Below are positions 1 to 16,129 of a DNA stretch of 64,000 nucleotides, one piece after another (the first letter of the stretch is position 1; each line of letters starts with the position of its first letter). A program made the position numbers and the translations under genes. The stretch lies in NCBI RefSeq assembly GCF_009914755.1, contig NC_060932.1. The stretch is one strand, 5' to 3'. Source of the DNA: the human T2T-CHM13v2.0 reference genome, Homo sapiens. The notes beneath the pieces were generated by a model that made no database searches, was not told the DNA's origin, and saw only the letters and a program-made list of their open reading frames with translations.

Positions 1-13
1 GCAGACATTTGTT

Positions 14-276
14 GTTATTTTATTTTATTTTTTAAATAAACGCAGGGTCTCTCTCTATTGCCCAGGCTGGAGTGCAGTGGAGCCATCATAGCTCACTGCA
101 GCCCTAGACTCCTGGGCTCAAAGCCATCCTCCTGCCTCACCCTCCTGAGCTGCTGGGACTATAGGCATGTGCCACTATGTTGCTTAGGTAGGTCTCAAAC
201 TCTTAGCCTCCAGTGATCCTCCCACCTTGGCCCCTCAAAGTGCTAGGATTACAGGCATGAACCACCATGCCGAGCC
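14..276 (-). mobile_element. Alu (AluJ-like), internally deleted around the A-rich linker
   Basis: T-rich tail, then cccaggctggagtgcagtgg...caaagtgctaggattacaggcatga; flanked by cagacattt/cagactttt (TSD-like). Confidence 0.9.
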
Positions 277-1249
277 CAGACTTTTCTTGTTAGTGTCTTC
301 TTTCCCTAAAGCCAGCCCCTTTTTTATGGACCAGAACAGTCTTCACCCAACACACCCATCCCTTACCCCTGCCCCTCACATATATTCCCATTTACGCCAC
401 TTGTAGATACAGCAGACAAAAACCTAAGAGATTGGAGCTGGGGGTGTATGGTGTTCTGTTCTTCAAAGAGGAAAATTGCAGAGAAAACCTGTAATTGGGA
501 AAATTTTCTTTCTTGCTCTTAGCAGTATAGAGATGTGCTCTGGTCCTTCTCACTTAACTTCTGCTGCATCCAAAGAAGGTAAGAAAAAAAGCAGAACATA
601 TAAAAGCAACTGAAAGCTTTCCCTCAAATTACCTGGGAGCAGTAACAAGATATTGTCAGCAGCGGCAGAAATTACTGAACAAGGAGGAGAGGGCCCGCCA
701 GAGCTTTTGACACCAGCTCACATGCAGCTGAGGGGGCCCACTGTTCCACACACCCCCAGGAGCACCTCTTAGTAGAAGTAAAAAAATCACAGTGGGTTAC
801 AGTGCAATATTTTGGTCAATTTCTATGAGAAAGATTATTGACCTGAGAAGTTGGTAACAGATAATGATTACTGAAGAAAAGTATTTCATTTTATAAGCAT
901 TGCTGTCTTTAAAATCCCTCTCTCCATTTATATCTATATGAATCTGTAGTGTAGAATTCCAGATCCTTGGTTGTGAAAGGCGTTATAGAGAGGATCTATT
1001 TAAATCCCTTTATATCATGTAAACAAGGAAATGGAGGCCCAACAAGAGGTGGCTTGCCCAAGGTCATGGGCCAGTATAAGTTGCAAGCCATTCGTCTGAT
1101 TCAACTACAGGTGCTCAGGCCTCATCTCACCATGATGGTCTTCACCAAAGAGGAAGGATTGCCCTCTCACATTTGCAGCCTCTGGCCTGGAAGAGTCTCC
1201 TTTTCCTCCATTTACTTCACCCTCTGGCCAGGTGCAGCCTTCATCGTAG

Positions 1250-1774
<525 letters not shown>

Positions 1775-2214
1775 ACACCCCAAATTTAACAGCTCACAAA
1801 TGGATTTTTCCTATCTCCTGCCTCTTACCGGCATACACTGATAGATAGTAAAGGCAAAAATGCTCTCGTCTATACATCCTGTGTGATCATGAATCATTAA
1901 GGCTTTTTGCAATGTTGACCTAGCCTGAGTCTCGCTAGCTGCAGGGCCTTCTCAGACAATGCTGTTCGTACAAGGAGGCCCCACCATAGACGGGTGAATG
2001 TGACACAGGGCTTGAGCTCATCTCTCTTTGTGTGGCCTTGGCTAAGATGGGACTTGTGACACTGGAAGTGTGTTTTCTGTGTATCCCCGTCTTCTCTTCC
2101 CCCATCCACATGTTTTTGCTGTCCCACCCACTGCTGTCCTTTTTCTGGGCTAAAATTTAGGGGGAGGCCTCATGAGCTTTGGAATTTGATTTTTATTTGC
2201 ATTCTGGCTGTATT

Positions 2215-2365
2215 GTTAATTAGTTCCATAACTCAGACAAATTGCTAAAGTCCCGAGTTAGTTTCCTCATCGATAAAATGGGTATTTTTTTTCTTCCATA
2301 GCTGTTCTGCTGATTAAATGGAGTAAGAAGCAGATAAGTGGAGAGTACACACTCAATGCACATTA
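2215..2365. mobile_element. MIR fragment
   Basis: MIR core-like tagtttcctcatcgataaaatggg...gattaaatg. Confidence 0.6.
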
Positions 2366-4691
2366 GTTTCTTAAGGCTCGGAGACACCTGAGTGTGGAAA
2401 TAACACACAGGTTACTCCCAACTCTGATCATGGACTCTGGTTCCCAGATTTGATTCTTAGAGCAGATGTGACCATGTGGGGACCAGGCATGAGGACAGGC
2501 GCCTTGCAGAGCCCACCTCTGCCCTTCCTCTGGCAAAGAATCTTGCTGCTGGTCTGCCACTCACCCTGCATTTTGAGAAGCTGGAACTCCACAGACCTAA
2601 GCCCAAGCCCTCCAGCGCTGCATGGGGGGTGTCACATCCAGAGGATGCAGCTGAGTGCCATCCCCAGGAGAGGGGCCTAGAGCCAGGCTGGGGGAGCTGG
2701 CTTAGCCGAGGCTGACTCTGAAGACAGTGCAGCAACTCAAAATGAGAGGGTCTGAAGGTGCACGAAAAGCTCAGGGTGGATTCAGATTGGTGGCAATTTC
2801 TCCAGGGTTTAGTTCTTAGGAGCCCCCTGGCAGGATGACAGTGGGAAACCCAATTGCATGGTGGGTTCTTTGCAGGGAGGACTTCAGCTATCAGTTAGAG
2901 GTTGGGGAACCATGTTCAGGGGGTGGCAAGACTTTCAGGGGCCCAGCCAAGGGGACTGCAGTTTCTAGTGGATCCCAGCTACTGAAGGTAACTGAAACAC
3001 CAAACAGGATATAGGCCTCATGATAGGGCAGAGCAAGGCTTGGTGGGCACAGAGGTTTGCTGAGTTCAGGTCTGCAGCTGCAGAATTCACTCCAGGCCCT
3101 ACCCTGATTGCCATGGGGTGGGCTGAGGCTGCAGGTATAGGGCTATATAGCTAAGGCTGAGTGAGGTAGGGAACCCCAGCCCCTCTTTGAATAACTGGGC
3201 TTTGGGGGCAACTGAAGCCACAACAGAAATATTCTAAAGGACCACAGAGGAGGAGCAGGAGTGGCATGAGTGGGTCAGAAGTCAAGTGGGCTGGGGGCAT
3301 GTTGCTGGAAGACAAAGGGGCTCCCAGTGTCGGGTGAGCTAGGAGCAGGGCAGAAGGGAGATTCAAGGGACAGCCCCCAGCCTCTCCCCTGCTTAGTACC
3401 AGCTCCTCTGCACCCGGCCTCAGTAGCCGCAGGTGCAGGGCCACCTGCTTTTGGAACGGCTGAGCACTGCAGCGTGTCCACCCTGAAGACACAGGCCCTG
3501 GGCCCGCTCAGTGTTCAGCCTGCCACCTGGCTGAGAGCATCATCCAGTTGAAGGAGGCATGCAGAGGTGTGGGACAGCTGGGTCCCCGCCTCCTCCCTCC
3601 TCACCAGCTCTTCCCACCCGCTTTCTTTCCTTTCTTCCTTCTATGATGTCACCTCTCGCCACTGCCCTCACACCCCCGTCCCCTTGGCTTCCTGACTGCA
3701 GGGCCGCTGCTGCAAGTGGTAGGTGCTGATTAAGATGGATGGATTGGTAAGAGGCATTCAATGTGACTTGAATAAAAAGCATCCCAGCCTCGCCTGGGCG
3801 CGAGAGCTACCAGCCAAAAAGTGGCGTCACTCAGAAGATTACTTTACTACTGGAGCTTGTCCTTAAAATAGTAAAAGCCCTCCGTGTTCCATTCTGGTTG
3901 CTATTTATATAAATGTAGATACACACACATATACACTTTTAAAAATAATCTTGCCTCTCTTTCCCACCTCCCACTTCTCTTTCTCCGTGTTGTTTGCTAC
4001 AGACCAGACACCCATTTTTAAAAGACATGTGAAGAATCCAGTCATTGGGAAAGGTGACATTCTATGACCTTCTCAGGTAGTTTGCCACCTCAGCTCGGCG
4101 TGGTGGTTGGTTAGCACCATTCGGGAACTTCGTGAGATCATGGAGACATCCATTTGGTGGCGTTGTCCCAGGGGCTGTGGACGTGCCTCAAGGACCATCT
4201 CCTCTTCCCATCTCCTGCGTCAGTTGCAGCATCACTTGTCTCTTGGAGACTTTCTCTCTAGATGCAGAATTGACTTGGTGCACAGTCACTGCTTGGCTAA
4301 CAGGAGGGAAGAGGTCAGGGAATTGTTCAAGGTCAATGGTGAGAGGGGGATCTGCTCTAGGTTCTTTCTCTTGATGTCCAATCTAGGTCTTCCTTCATGA
4401 TAAGAACAAGAGGGATTAGAGTTCCCTTTAACAAGCGGATCTGTCTGCAAGGTTTGCAGGCTGCTGCTCATTCAAGGTTGAGCCCTGAGTTTCTCACTGT
4501 CTGAAGGAATAGAGACCTTGTTTAGAAGCAGTGCCAGTGAGCTGATGAAAGAAGCACATCTGCCCCTCCACACGGAGAGGGAATTAGGGACCAGTTAGAC
4601 ACAGAGATCTGGCACAGTCAGAGGGATGGGCTTTCAGATAGATGGAGTCTTCATTCTAATAAGCAGCCACTAAAATCTGTTGGTCTCTGGT

Positions 4692-4698
4692 GTGTGAA

Positions 4699-4733
<35 letters not shown>

Positions 4734-4755
4734 CAGAGAGACAGAGAGAGAGAGT
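4692..4755. repeat. (TG)n(GA)n compound microsatellite
   Basis: direct reading. Confidence 0.95.
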
Positions 4756-5769
4756 TAGTTTATGGTTAATGGGGCTGTAGAATTTACCACCATCTATTAA
4801 TTTGTTGTAACCTCCTTTAAAAACATTTGACAGCTGAACAGCAACAGGCAGGGTGATGATGATATCATCAGGCTGCTATTTATAGATTTCCATCCCCTGA
4901 ATAGTGCAGACCTTGGTATTTAGACTGTGGAGGCCTGGCGGCAGGACTCACGGCCAGGTCTGTTTCCTGCTGTACTATCACATGGCTGTCTCATGACATC
5001 TGTTGTTGGCCACCTGTATATAGACAGGAAGTTAGAATGTGGATACAGAATCTAAGTGGGGAATAGAATTATCCAGGTTTATTTTTCTACTTTTGTTTTT
5101 ATAGTAGGCTTTACCCATTTCCTGTATTTGGAAGCAAAAACAGGGAAGAACAGTGTTTGAGACAATTCCAATTTAGATACATGGTCAGGTGTAAAAAGAA
5201 AAATGCTGTTTTACACAGAATGGGGCAAGAAAATTGAGAGGCAATGGGAGAAAAACATTGAAGGAATTCTGCAACTCTACCTTTAAATAAATTTAGAAAT
5301 CATGATTCTGGTCTGATTTGGATCCAGAGGTTAACCACTGATTGCCCACTCAAGTCCACAGAAAACCCTGCTTAAACCTGGGTTACACTTCGCCTGGAAG
5401 ATTCCATAGAGTATGCTTTTATATTGATTTGAGCTGTTGTTTTGCCTCAAGTTAAGACCTATGGCAACCCCGAGGACCCAGAAAAGATAGACTCATCGTG
5501 TTCCGGCCTTAACATCCAAATTAATCTTGAAATAGAACCTATTTCTTTGGATAGCTTCTGAATCATAACTATCCTCAGGCCAGTCAGTTAACCAAGTAAG
5601 CAAGGAAGAGCTAACTGGAATCCAAAGTGAAAGAGGCAGTTGCAACTACAGGAAAGCTTTGAACGCTGAGAACTGGGCTGAGTCACAGTGGATTGTGACC
5701 CTGGACAGCTCCCATCAGCACCAGAGCAGACTTTTCTGCACCATGACCAGCATTTCCCCCCTACTCTCA

Positions 5770-6110
<341 letters not shown>

Positions 6111-6123
6111 GACATTCCCCAGT

Positions 6124-6430
6124 GGCCGGGCATGGTGATGAACACCTGTAATCCTACCACTTTGGGAGGCTGAGGCAGGTGGATCGCTTGAGCCCAGAAG
6201 TTCGAGACCAGCCTGGGAAGCAGGACAAAATCTCGTCTCTACAAAAAAAAATTTAAACATTAACTGGGCATGGTGGTGCATGCCTGTGGTCCCAGCTACT
6301 CTGCAGGCTTAGGTGGGAGGATCGCTTGAAGCTGAGAAGTTGAGGTTACAGTAAGCCATGATTGCACAGTTGGGTGACAGAGTGAGACCCTGTCTCAGCA
6401 ATAACAGCAACAACAACAACAACAACAAAC
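6124..6430 (+). mobile_element. Alu (AluJ-like) with (AAC)n tail
   Basis: ggatcgcttgagcccagaagttcg (J-type); TSD acattccccag. Confidence 0.92.
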
Positions 6431-6663
6431 ATTCCCCAGCAGCTCCACACTCTTAGTATCTTCCAGCCACAGTGTGTTGTGTCCATGGACAGCTCCCACC
6501 AGGGCCAGAACAGGCTTTTCAGCACCATGGGCAGTATTTCTTCTCCAACTACTGCCGGTGTGGAAATAACAGACATGCTCCCCAGCAGTTCCACAGTCTT
6601 AAAATCTCCCAGCCACGATGGGTTGTGACCATGGACAGCTCCCTTTGGGACCAGAGCAGGCTT

Positions 6664-6684
6664 TTCAGCACCACGGCCAGTACC
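6664..6684 (+). promoter_or_regulatory. REST/NRSF binding site (RE1)
   Basis: TTCAGCACCACGGCCAG matches the degenerate RE1 consensus NTYAGMRCCNNRGMSAG exactly; a second site at 6518-6538 has one mismatch. Confidence 0.7.
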
Positions 6685-7259
6685 CCAGCCCCAACTTCCC
6701 ACCTGCTGGTCTAAGAGTAACAGTAAGACCTCCACAGCAGCCTCCTTCTCTAAGAGCTCCTGGATAGAGACGCGTTTGTACTAGAGCACGTCTTTGCTGC
6801 CACTGCACTGAAAATCACATGCAGGTATAAACCTCTACTCATTCAAATACCTGACTGTCACAAAAGTTTTTGTTTGCTTGTTTTAATATAGTGGTGGGGA
6901 CACTGCAGTCTCAATCAGCATTTACAAGGTGCACCACTGCTGTCTGGGAGATAATGACCACCTATTGTAGATCACACGCAGAAGCAGTGTCCATAACCCG
7001 ACTCCCAGTTTGGCATCTGCTCTGCAGACCTCTGATTCCCTAGATACAGAATGAAGCATGACACACTTCGTCTGATCCTGTTACACGTGGCAAACAGAGC
7101 TCAGTCAAAAGATACCAGAAGTGACAGATTAGTATGGCTAGATCATTTTTACATGACATCTGTGAGACTACTTCCCATTCATAAGGTGGCACTTCTTCCT
7201 AATAGTCTGTGACCCAGACAGAATATTTGCCTCCCATGTCACCAAAATGTTATTAATAA

Positions 7260-7470
7260 TACTTCTGAACAGTGCTATGTGATAGGCACTATACTAAATG
7301 CTTTGCATGTATTGTTTAACATTCACAACTTCTGTGAGGTAGATACTGATATTGGTCCAGTGTTATTGATATATCTGAAATTAAAAGAGGCTAAGGAACT
7401 TACAGAATGTTACCTGTTCATCAGTTGAAACCCAGATTTAAACCTCTTCTTCCAACCACTCTGCTATATG
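7260..7470. mobile_element. MIR fragment
   Basis: gtgctatgtgataggcactatactaaatgctttgc...cacaacttctgtgaggtagatact. Confidence 0.6.
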
Positions 7471-8629
7471 GTGAAAGCCATCATTTTATCCTTTTCTCTT
7501 CTTCCCTGGGACTTCTTTCAATTCCCGAAATGGATTTGCTTTTTTAAATTAAACGTAACGTAGATATCAATCATCTCGGGTCTCATATGGTTTGTGATTT
7601 CGGGCTAGTTAAGTTTTAGTTAACTATGAGGTCCTATGGTAAATCACCATGGAATGGCCCTTCTGGCTGTCTTGTTTTCTTACAGACAATTCAACGAAAG
7701 GAATTATAAGAAAAGTATTAGCCCATGTAAAATTCTGTCAGCCTTCATTTTATCTCACTACTCATTTCTGTTAATCCAAGCAAATAGGTCTTTTATTCAA
7801 CCACTGGGCTCTGACTAGACTTACCTGAATATTGCCCCTGTGAGGCATCACCCAGCTCCTTGTATAACCTCCACAGAGCTCATGCCCTTCCTAGGCTGCA
7901 GACATCACTCCACTGTCTCCTTCTTGGCCCCTAACCCAGGTGGTCATGGTGAGTCAACATAAGCATGTAGCTTGCCTATGGGCATATTCAGTGATTGTTG
8001 GAACGGAATCTATTGCTCGTGTCAAGCAAGTATTTTATGTGTCCAGGATACTGTCCTCTGCCTTTTGCTGTGAGTTGCCTAAGACACTGTGACTTTGGGT
8101 CATCAAGAAACGTTCCACAAGCCACCGGACAGCAAAGGGAATCTGCACCTTAACTCCGCAGCAGGCCTCTGATAGAATCCAGACGTTGACTTTGTAGAAT
8201 CATGGTTCACATGTTTTGAGGTTGTGTTCTGTGACAAATTGGGACCATTAACTCTCTTTGATCTCTTTTCTTCCTTTGGTGCCCCAAGTTGGTGCCGATT
8301 TCTGTGACTGTGATACCTTCATTCTCCTTGGCTCTGAGCAGGTGACATGTCCCAGACAGGCCCAGGGGTGTGCCCTTGTCAGCAGTAGATCATGGACTCA
8401 GTCCTGGTCCTCAGTAGCTCTCGTTTCTGTGTGGACCTTGCATGGAATGGAACTGTGCCTAGCATTCCTTGCCTTTCTGATCTTCAGTTGCATCTACGTG
8501 ACAGTGGGGGTTCTCAGTTCTCCTGCATATGGAGGTAGTGTCTGTGTGTGCTCTGTAAGGCACGCCAGGGATTTCCACAGAACAAAAAACAAAAGGTTGC
8601 AAAGGAGACCAGGATATACGAAACAAAAT

Positions 8630-9640
8630 GACTGAGTATTTCAGAGAGAGCGACTGAGTTAATTCACCTACTCATTCATTGAAGAAAATTAATGGAACAC
8701 CTACTTTGTGCCACATGCTGTGGTAGGTGCAGGGGAAACAGTAACAAACAAAACAGATTAAGAATCCATACCCCCATGGAGCTTACATTCTAGAAGGGAG
8801 TCAGATAATAGATAAAATCAATAAGGAAAATGTTAAGTGGGGGTAAGGGGCAAAAAACAAAGCAGGGGATGGGGATATGAAGTTGGCAGGTGGTTGAAGG
8901 GGAGGGTGAAACTTTAGAGGGGATGGCCCGGGAACAGCCCATTAAGTTGATTTAAATAATGTTTTTTGTTTTTTGTTTTTCAGTGGAAAACAAGGGGACA
9001 GCCCTGGGCCTGTCCAAAGTAGGAAGGACAGCATCATTAACCCCTGGGTACTCTCAAAAAAGTGGTTCTTGAGTAAAGACCTGAGAGAGGTGCAGAGTGA
9101 GCCCTGCAGGTGCTGTGAGACAGTAGCCCAGGATTCTGCTAAGAGCCATGGCAGGAGCTTGCCTGAAACATTGGAGGACCAGAAAGGAGGCCATTTGGGA
9201 AAGACTAGAGATGACAGAAGTGGTAGACAGAATGTCCTGGAGAAAACTGGGCCCATATTATGGAAATCTTGGGGCCATAGTAAATGCTTGGGGTCTTAAT
9301 CTAGGTGAAGTGGGAAGTCATGGTAGGGCTTTGAGCAGAGAAGAGACAGGGTATGATTACAGTTTAACGTGGTCCCTCTCACTGTGTCCAGAATACACTG
9401 TGGGAATGTGGGGAGGAATGGAAGCCAGTTAGTGTCCACTGCACAGCAGTAATCCAGGTGAGAGATAGGGGTTGGTTTGTGCATAGTCACACAAGGGATG
9501 ATGAGAAGTGGCTGGAATCTAAACATATATTTGTGGCCAACAGTATGTGATAATACATTGGATATGGGGTGTGTGAGAGAGAATTCAAAGTTGACTCTGT
9601 GGTTTGGTGCCTGAACAGCAGAAAGAATAGCTTCCCATTT
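8630..9640 (-). mobile_element. LINE-2 3' region (L2a/b-like)
   Basis: ttcattcatt...cacctactttgtgcca...catggagcttacattctag, followed by typical purine-rich L2 antisense body. Confidence 0.75.
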
Positions 9641-9954
9641 TTCTCAACTGTAAATTGATAATGATTCTGCTCTTATCCAGTGGACTATTGAGAGGTTTTG
9701 AGTGAACTGATCAACTAGTAGTACCACTTTACATTTCCAGGACTGTAAGTGCCTCTTCAGGACAAAGAATTGTGGGATCCAGTTGTTCAACCCACACATA
9801 GATGCATCTGTTAACCATGTTCTGTAGTTTCTTTAAGACTTGAAGCTGCTTAAACATTACTTTCTTACTACATGGGTAATATTTATAGATTACTACATAT
9901 CATGCACTTGGCTAAGGAGTTACATGCCCTTTAATCCTTAAACAAACTTATGAC

Positions 9955-10237
9955 TTGGGAGGCTGAAGTGGGAGGATCACTTGAATCTAAGAGTTCAAGA
10001 CCAGCCTGTGCAACGTAGTGAGACCCCCATCTCTAAGAGAAAACTATTTAAATGTTAAAAAAAAAAAATTGGCCAGGCATGGTAGTGCACACCTATAGTC
10101 CCATCTACTTAGGGGCTGAGGCAGAAGGCTTGAGCCCTGGAGTTCTATGCTGCAGTGAGCTATGTTTGCACTCCAGCCTGGGTGGCAGTGTCAACCCTAT
10201 CTCTTAAAAAAAAAAAAGAAACAACAACAATAAAAAC
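9955..10237 (+). mobile_element. Alu (AluJ-like, 5' truncated)
   Basis: ttgggaggctgaagtgggaggatcacttga...ctccagcctggg, A-tail. Confidence 0.9.
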
Positions 10238-10294
10238 CTATGAAAAAGATCTTAATATTCTTACTTCATAGATAAGGAAACCGAAGTTGAATGA

Positions 10295-10531
10295 GATTAA
10301 AAGGAATATTGTCTAGATCATTCAGCTGATATATTTGATAGAACAACAATTTAAACCCAGGTATGTATAATTCTAAAGCTTGTTCCCTCAACTATGACAT
10401 TCTACTGCCTCCCACACACTTTTTTCTTGCTCAAAAACTACCAAAATCTACTATTGCTGATCACAGAATTCCACCATCTTTTGTAAGAAAAAAATTCTCA
10501 TTAAACTTTTCCACAGCCTTGAGATCGTGAA
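10295..10531 (+). repeat. source copy of a local inverted duplication (partly MIR)
   Basis: reverse complement matches 11304-11600 at ~90% by manual alignment. Confidence 0.9.
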
Positions 10532-11084
10532 GTATAAAGATAATGGTGTCGCTTTTATCTTTCATAGTTGTTACAAATTTTAAAAACCATATTTGTAGAT
10601 CCTTTTATTCTGGGCATCATGTTATATTTAGAAAGGCTGTCTACATGATGAGATTATAAAGATATTCTTCTATTTATTTTCTAATTCTGTCATTTCATTT
10701 TATGTTTACATAATTGATCCATCTGAAATTTATTTAGAATACATACGTTGTGAAGTTGGTATCCACTTTTATTTTCTCCAGATGTCGAATCATCTGGGCC
10801 ACCATCACTTATTAAATAATCTACTCCTCTGATTTGAAGCACCACCTTTGTCATTTATCATATTCCAGTGTGATCTTCAGTCTGTTTCTGGTCTTTGTAA
10901 TATCTCCAGTAGATCTGTCTACATCTTTTATGCAAGTACTATATTGTTTCCACTATTCTGTATCTTTGTAATATTTTTATCATCTATTAGTAGTCTCCTT
11001 CTCTCCTATATTTTTCAGAAATTTTCTAAATATTCTTGCTTGTTCATTTTCCCATGTGAATTTGAAAATCAGCTTATCTAGTTA

Positions 11085-12107
<1,023 letters not shown>

Positions 12108-12245
12108 TTAAATTTATGAATTACCTTAAGAAGAATCAACAACTTTACAATGTTGGGACTTCCTAAGAACATCAGATGGCTTTCCATTCTTGAAGTCTGT
12201 TATTTGCTTAGTAGAGTTTTAATGTTTTCTTCATGCACATTTCTT

Positions 12246-12248
<3 letters not shown>

Positions 12249-12340
<92 letters not shown>
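12249..12340. repeat. (TA)n(GA)n compound microsatellite
   Basis: direct reading. Confidence 0.97.
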
Positions 12341-12343
<3 letters not shown>

Positions 12344-13083
12344 CATGTATTTTATCTTTTGTGTTACTTTTAAAAAATGTTGTTTTCATTTGGAAAGCTG
12401 ATGGATTTTTGCTTATTAATTCTGTACTCTGCAATCTAGTCATATTCCTTTACTATTTTAATCATTTATCAGCTGAGTTTCTGGACTCTTTCCCCTGAAA
12501 ACAATGATAATTTTACCTCTTCTTTCTTAATTTTTATAATTCTTTCTTTCTTTTTCCCACCACTTGCTGCCTATAGATCTGTCTTTCTAATTAAGTTGAA
12601 TAGTGCCCTCAGGCCAATGCTAAAAATCTGTATTGATAATAGACGTTCCTAGGAAACTTGTAGTGTTTCCCAAATAAGCGTGGTACAGCTTTTTGAGTTG
12701 AGGGGTGTGTGTGATTGTGTATCCATGTAAGAATTTTATTATGTTTTACAATAAAGAGTTTTATTTTGATTGAGAATGGATGTTGAATTTTAGAAAATGC
12801 TTTTTCAGTAGCTATGGAGACGGTTGTATAATTTTTCCCTTTTGATCTATTAATATGTAAAGTTATGGTAATAGGTTTTCTAATACATCCCTGTATTTGT
12901 GCAATACATGCCTCGTTTGTCTAAGGTATGTCATTCTCTTGCTGTGCTGGTAGATTTTGTTTGCTAATGTTTTATTTAAGAGTTTTGCAATAATATTCCA
13001 AGTAAGATTGGTCCATAGTTTTATTTTTTATTTTGGGGAGTTTGATGTCAATGTGATGCTAGTTTTATAAAAAGAATATGTAA

Positions 13084-13423
<340 letters not shown>

Positions 13424-15259
13424 TTAAATAGTGTTGCTGTTGTCTGTTCTTAAGGATTAGGTAGAATTTTTCTGTAAAACCTAGTGGGCCAAGTTCTTTC
13501 AGTGTGTTCTGCTCTGTGATGACTATTTTTTTCTGTGATAATTGTTCTCTTTACCTTTTCTATCTTTCCAGAGGTTGGTTTTGGTAATTTATATTTTTCT
13601 ATAAGATAATTAATTTCATTCAGGTTTACAAATTGATCTTTACAGAATGGAGCAAATAGGCCTTGCAGGCTTCCTTTAAGGTCTTCACAGTCTGTGGTTG
13701 TTTCCCGATCACTGTTTCTTAATTTGTATGTTTGTCCTTTCTTCCTTTTTTCTTGATGATGTTAACTAATGATTTATTTTATTTTTTCCCAAAAAAAGCA
13801 GGTCTTGAATTTATCACTTCTACATTTAAAACATTTTTGATTCATTACTTTTTAATTTTATTAATTTTTAAATAATTTTAATTTTGCTCTTTTATTTTCC
13901 TTGGGTTATCTTGTTGCATTATTTTTTTCTCAAGATCCACTCTGAGAATATTTTTGTTCAGTATTATTTACAAATTGCAAGATGTTTTCATATATTCTTT
14001 CATCTGATGCTTACAACCCTGTAAGTTAATTGGTATGGGCCTTCATTTCACAAATAAGAAAATAGGCTTAGAGAAGTTAAATGGCTTGCCCAAGGCCATA
14101 TAGCTAGGAAGGAGCGGAAATGGGGTCCCAGTGGAGCCAGCTGTCCCTGGTGCCCTTGGTTCAGCCTATCCTCAAACCCCAAGCCATGCCTCCCTGGGGC
14201 TGCGCTCTCTGAATACGTTCTTGTCCTTGTACCAAACTCCACCTTCCTTTGGTCACTTCAACACCTACAACCACAGCAGGTTAAGGTCACAGCATCTAGA
14301 ATCTTAGAGAAACGCCAGGGCCTCTAATGCTGGCCACAAATCAGCTTCAGATTCTTTTGTAGACTTGCACCCACATCACTTTCTCATAAAACGATCTGAC
14401 TCCGGGAAGATATCTCCCGGACTTCTCACCATTACTGAACTTGACAGCAAACAGAACATTTCTCCCGTTTTCCCTTAGTCACAACAGGGCTACTAATGTT
14501 CCTTCTCAGCCTGGGAGGTGGGTTAAACATACATCAAGGCCCAGGTACAGACTGTAGAGAAGCACTCATGTTGGAGGAAGCTGCTGTTAAAGAGCATTGT
14601 GCTTTCTCATTTTTAGAGGTGGGACCTGAAGCCCAGAGAGCTGATGTGCCTGTCATTTTTGAATGCATTATCCTATGACATCTTAGACAGAAAAAACAGA
14701 ATACATAGGAAATCTCTTCGGACTTCCTTCTTTCTTGAGAAACCATATCTTTCATTTGCTTTCTTGGAAATGATTTTCAACTGGGAGAAATCAAAGAGAA
14801 AGTGCCGTTCTCTTATCTTTTATTTTGTTTTACTTTGCTGCCACATATTATGCCACCTACCATTTGCCTTTGAAACAGAGCTGATAAGAAAGTCATCAGA
14901 CAAGGGTTGAGTTGACGTGTGTAGACTTCATTGATTGCATTTTCTACCTTTAAAGCCCTTACCCTAGTAGCTGCCTCAAGTTGGGGTAGCAACTAAGGCT
15001 TCTGCGGTGATCACAGCCTTTAGTGCATGAAAGTTTATTTGAATGGCATGAGCCTTGTTTTATATAGGCAACTAGCCATTGGAATTGTGAATAGCCTTAA
15101 TCCAAGCCATGAGCTTTTCCTAAACAATTAGCCTTTGGAATGAAAGCACAATTCATGGATTTGCCCATCTTTCCATTTATCAGCCATCACTTTGACATCT
15201 CTACTTAACCACAAAATGGTGGCACCTCCACTGGAGAAAGAAGGAATAATTGGCAAAAG

Positions 15260-15400
15260 ACTGAAGCTAGAATATGAAGGATTAAACTTAGCTATAAGGA
15301 AGAAATTGCTTAAGTCATTAGACCAAGTTTTCAGGGGAAGCTGGGCAATGACACTACCTGGGCATCTTTAATAGAAGTTCTGTTATATTTTTTCACCTGG
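15260..15400 (+). mobile_element. CR1/L3-like fragment
   Basis: ggattaaacttagctataaggaagaaattgc...ggaagctgggcaatgacactacctgggcatcttta resembles an L3 3' region. Confidence 0.4.
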
Positions 15401-16129
15401 AAGTGCGGTCAGTGCTAAATTTGGGAGGCTTATTCTAGATCCCTGGGTCTATACATTTATTAATTTTTACATTTAGAAAATGGCAGAATATCTTTTGCTT
15501 TTGAACTACTTCTTTCCAATGTCTTTGTTAGTGGAATTCAGAGAGATCTGGCAACTTTCTGGAAACGCTTCATCTCTTTCCAAAGCTCGTCCTCCTCACC
15601 CGCAATCTGATCATCACCAAGCCTTGTTGACTGCCTTGGAAATATCTCCTCTACTTGGCCCTTCCTTCTGGTGAGGCCTCCATGGGCCTCACCTGGAACG
15701 TGCAGTGCATCCGAAAACACATGGACTATTGCTAGAGTTAATCCTGCCATGGGAGCAATTCATAACTTCACTCTCGAAAATCTATTTACCCCCTCGTATG
15801 CTCTGGGGACAAGCACACATTTTTCCATGGAAAAGTGGCCACAGCTGCCCATCTCTCAGTATTGCAAGAGCTGTTCCTTTGCTCACTAGCATTAATCTGT
15901 TGTCTGGGCCTGGTTGACAGTGGGAGAGTAGAAGACAACAAAGGCTTTGGGAGATAGTGGGGGTAGGAATTTAAAATGGGAAAAAGCATCTACAGCTACC
16001 TGGTATTTTGACCCTTCAAACACACGAAAGAACAATGTTGGGCTCTTCTCTTTTTTTTTTCTGAAACAGCTTATGGAGTTCTGCTGTCACCTCCAGTGTC
16101 CCTGTCTCTAATCCCTCCAGCCTGCAGCC

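Noticed and set aside
4112-4121. TAGCACCATT, identical to the 5' end of miR-29b
   Set aside because: The match stops after 10 nt and there is no pre-miRNA hairpin
14401-14421. Near-perfect palindrome TCCGGGAAGATATCTCCCGGA (and a 9-bp stem at 15670-15693)
   Set aside because: Short isolated stems are expected occasionally in 64 kb; no supporting context
15538-15750. Minus-strand ORF with a protein-like charged segment (GEEDELWKEMKRF)
   Set aside because: No family recognised and no convincing splice signals or neighbouring exons
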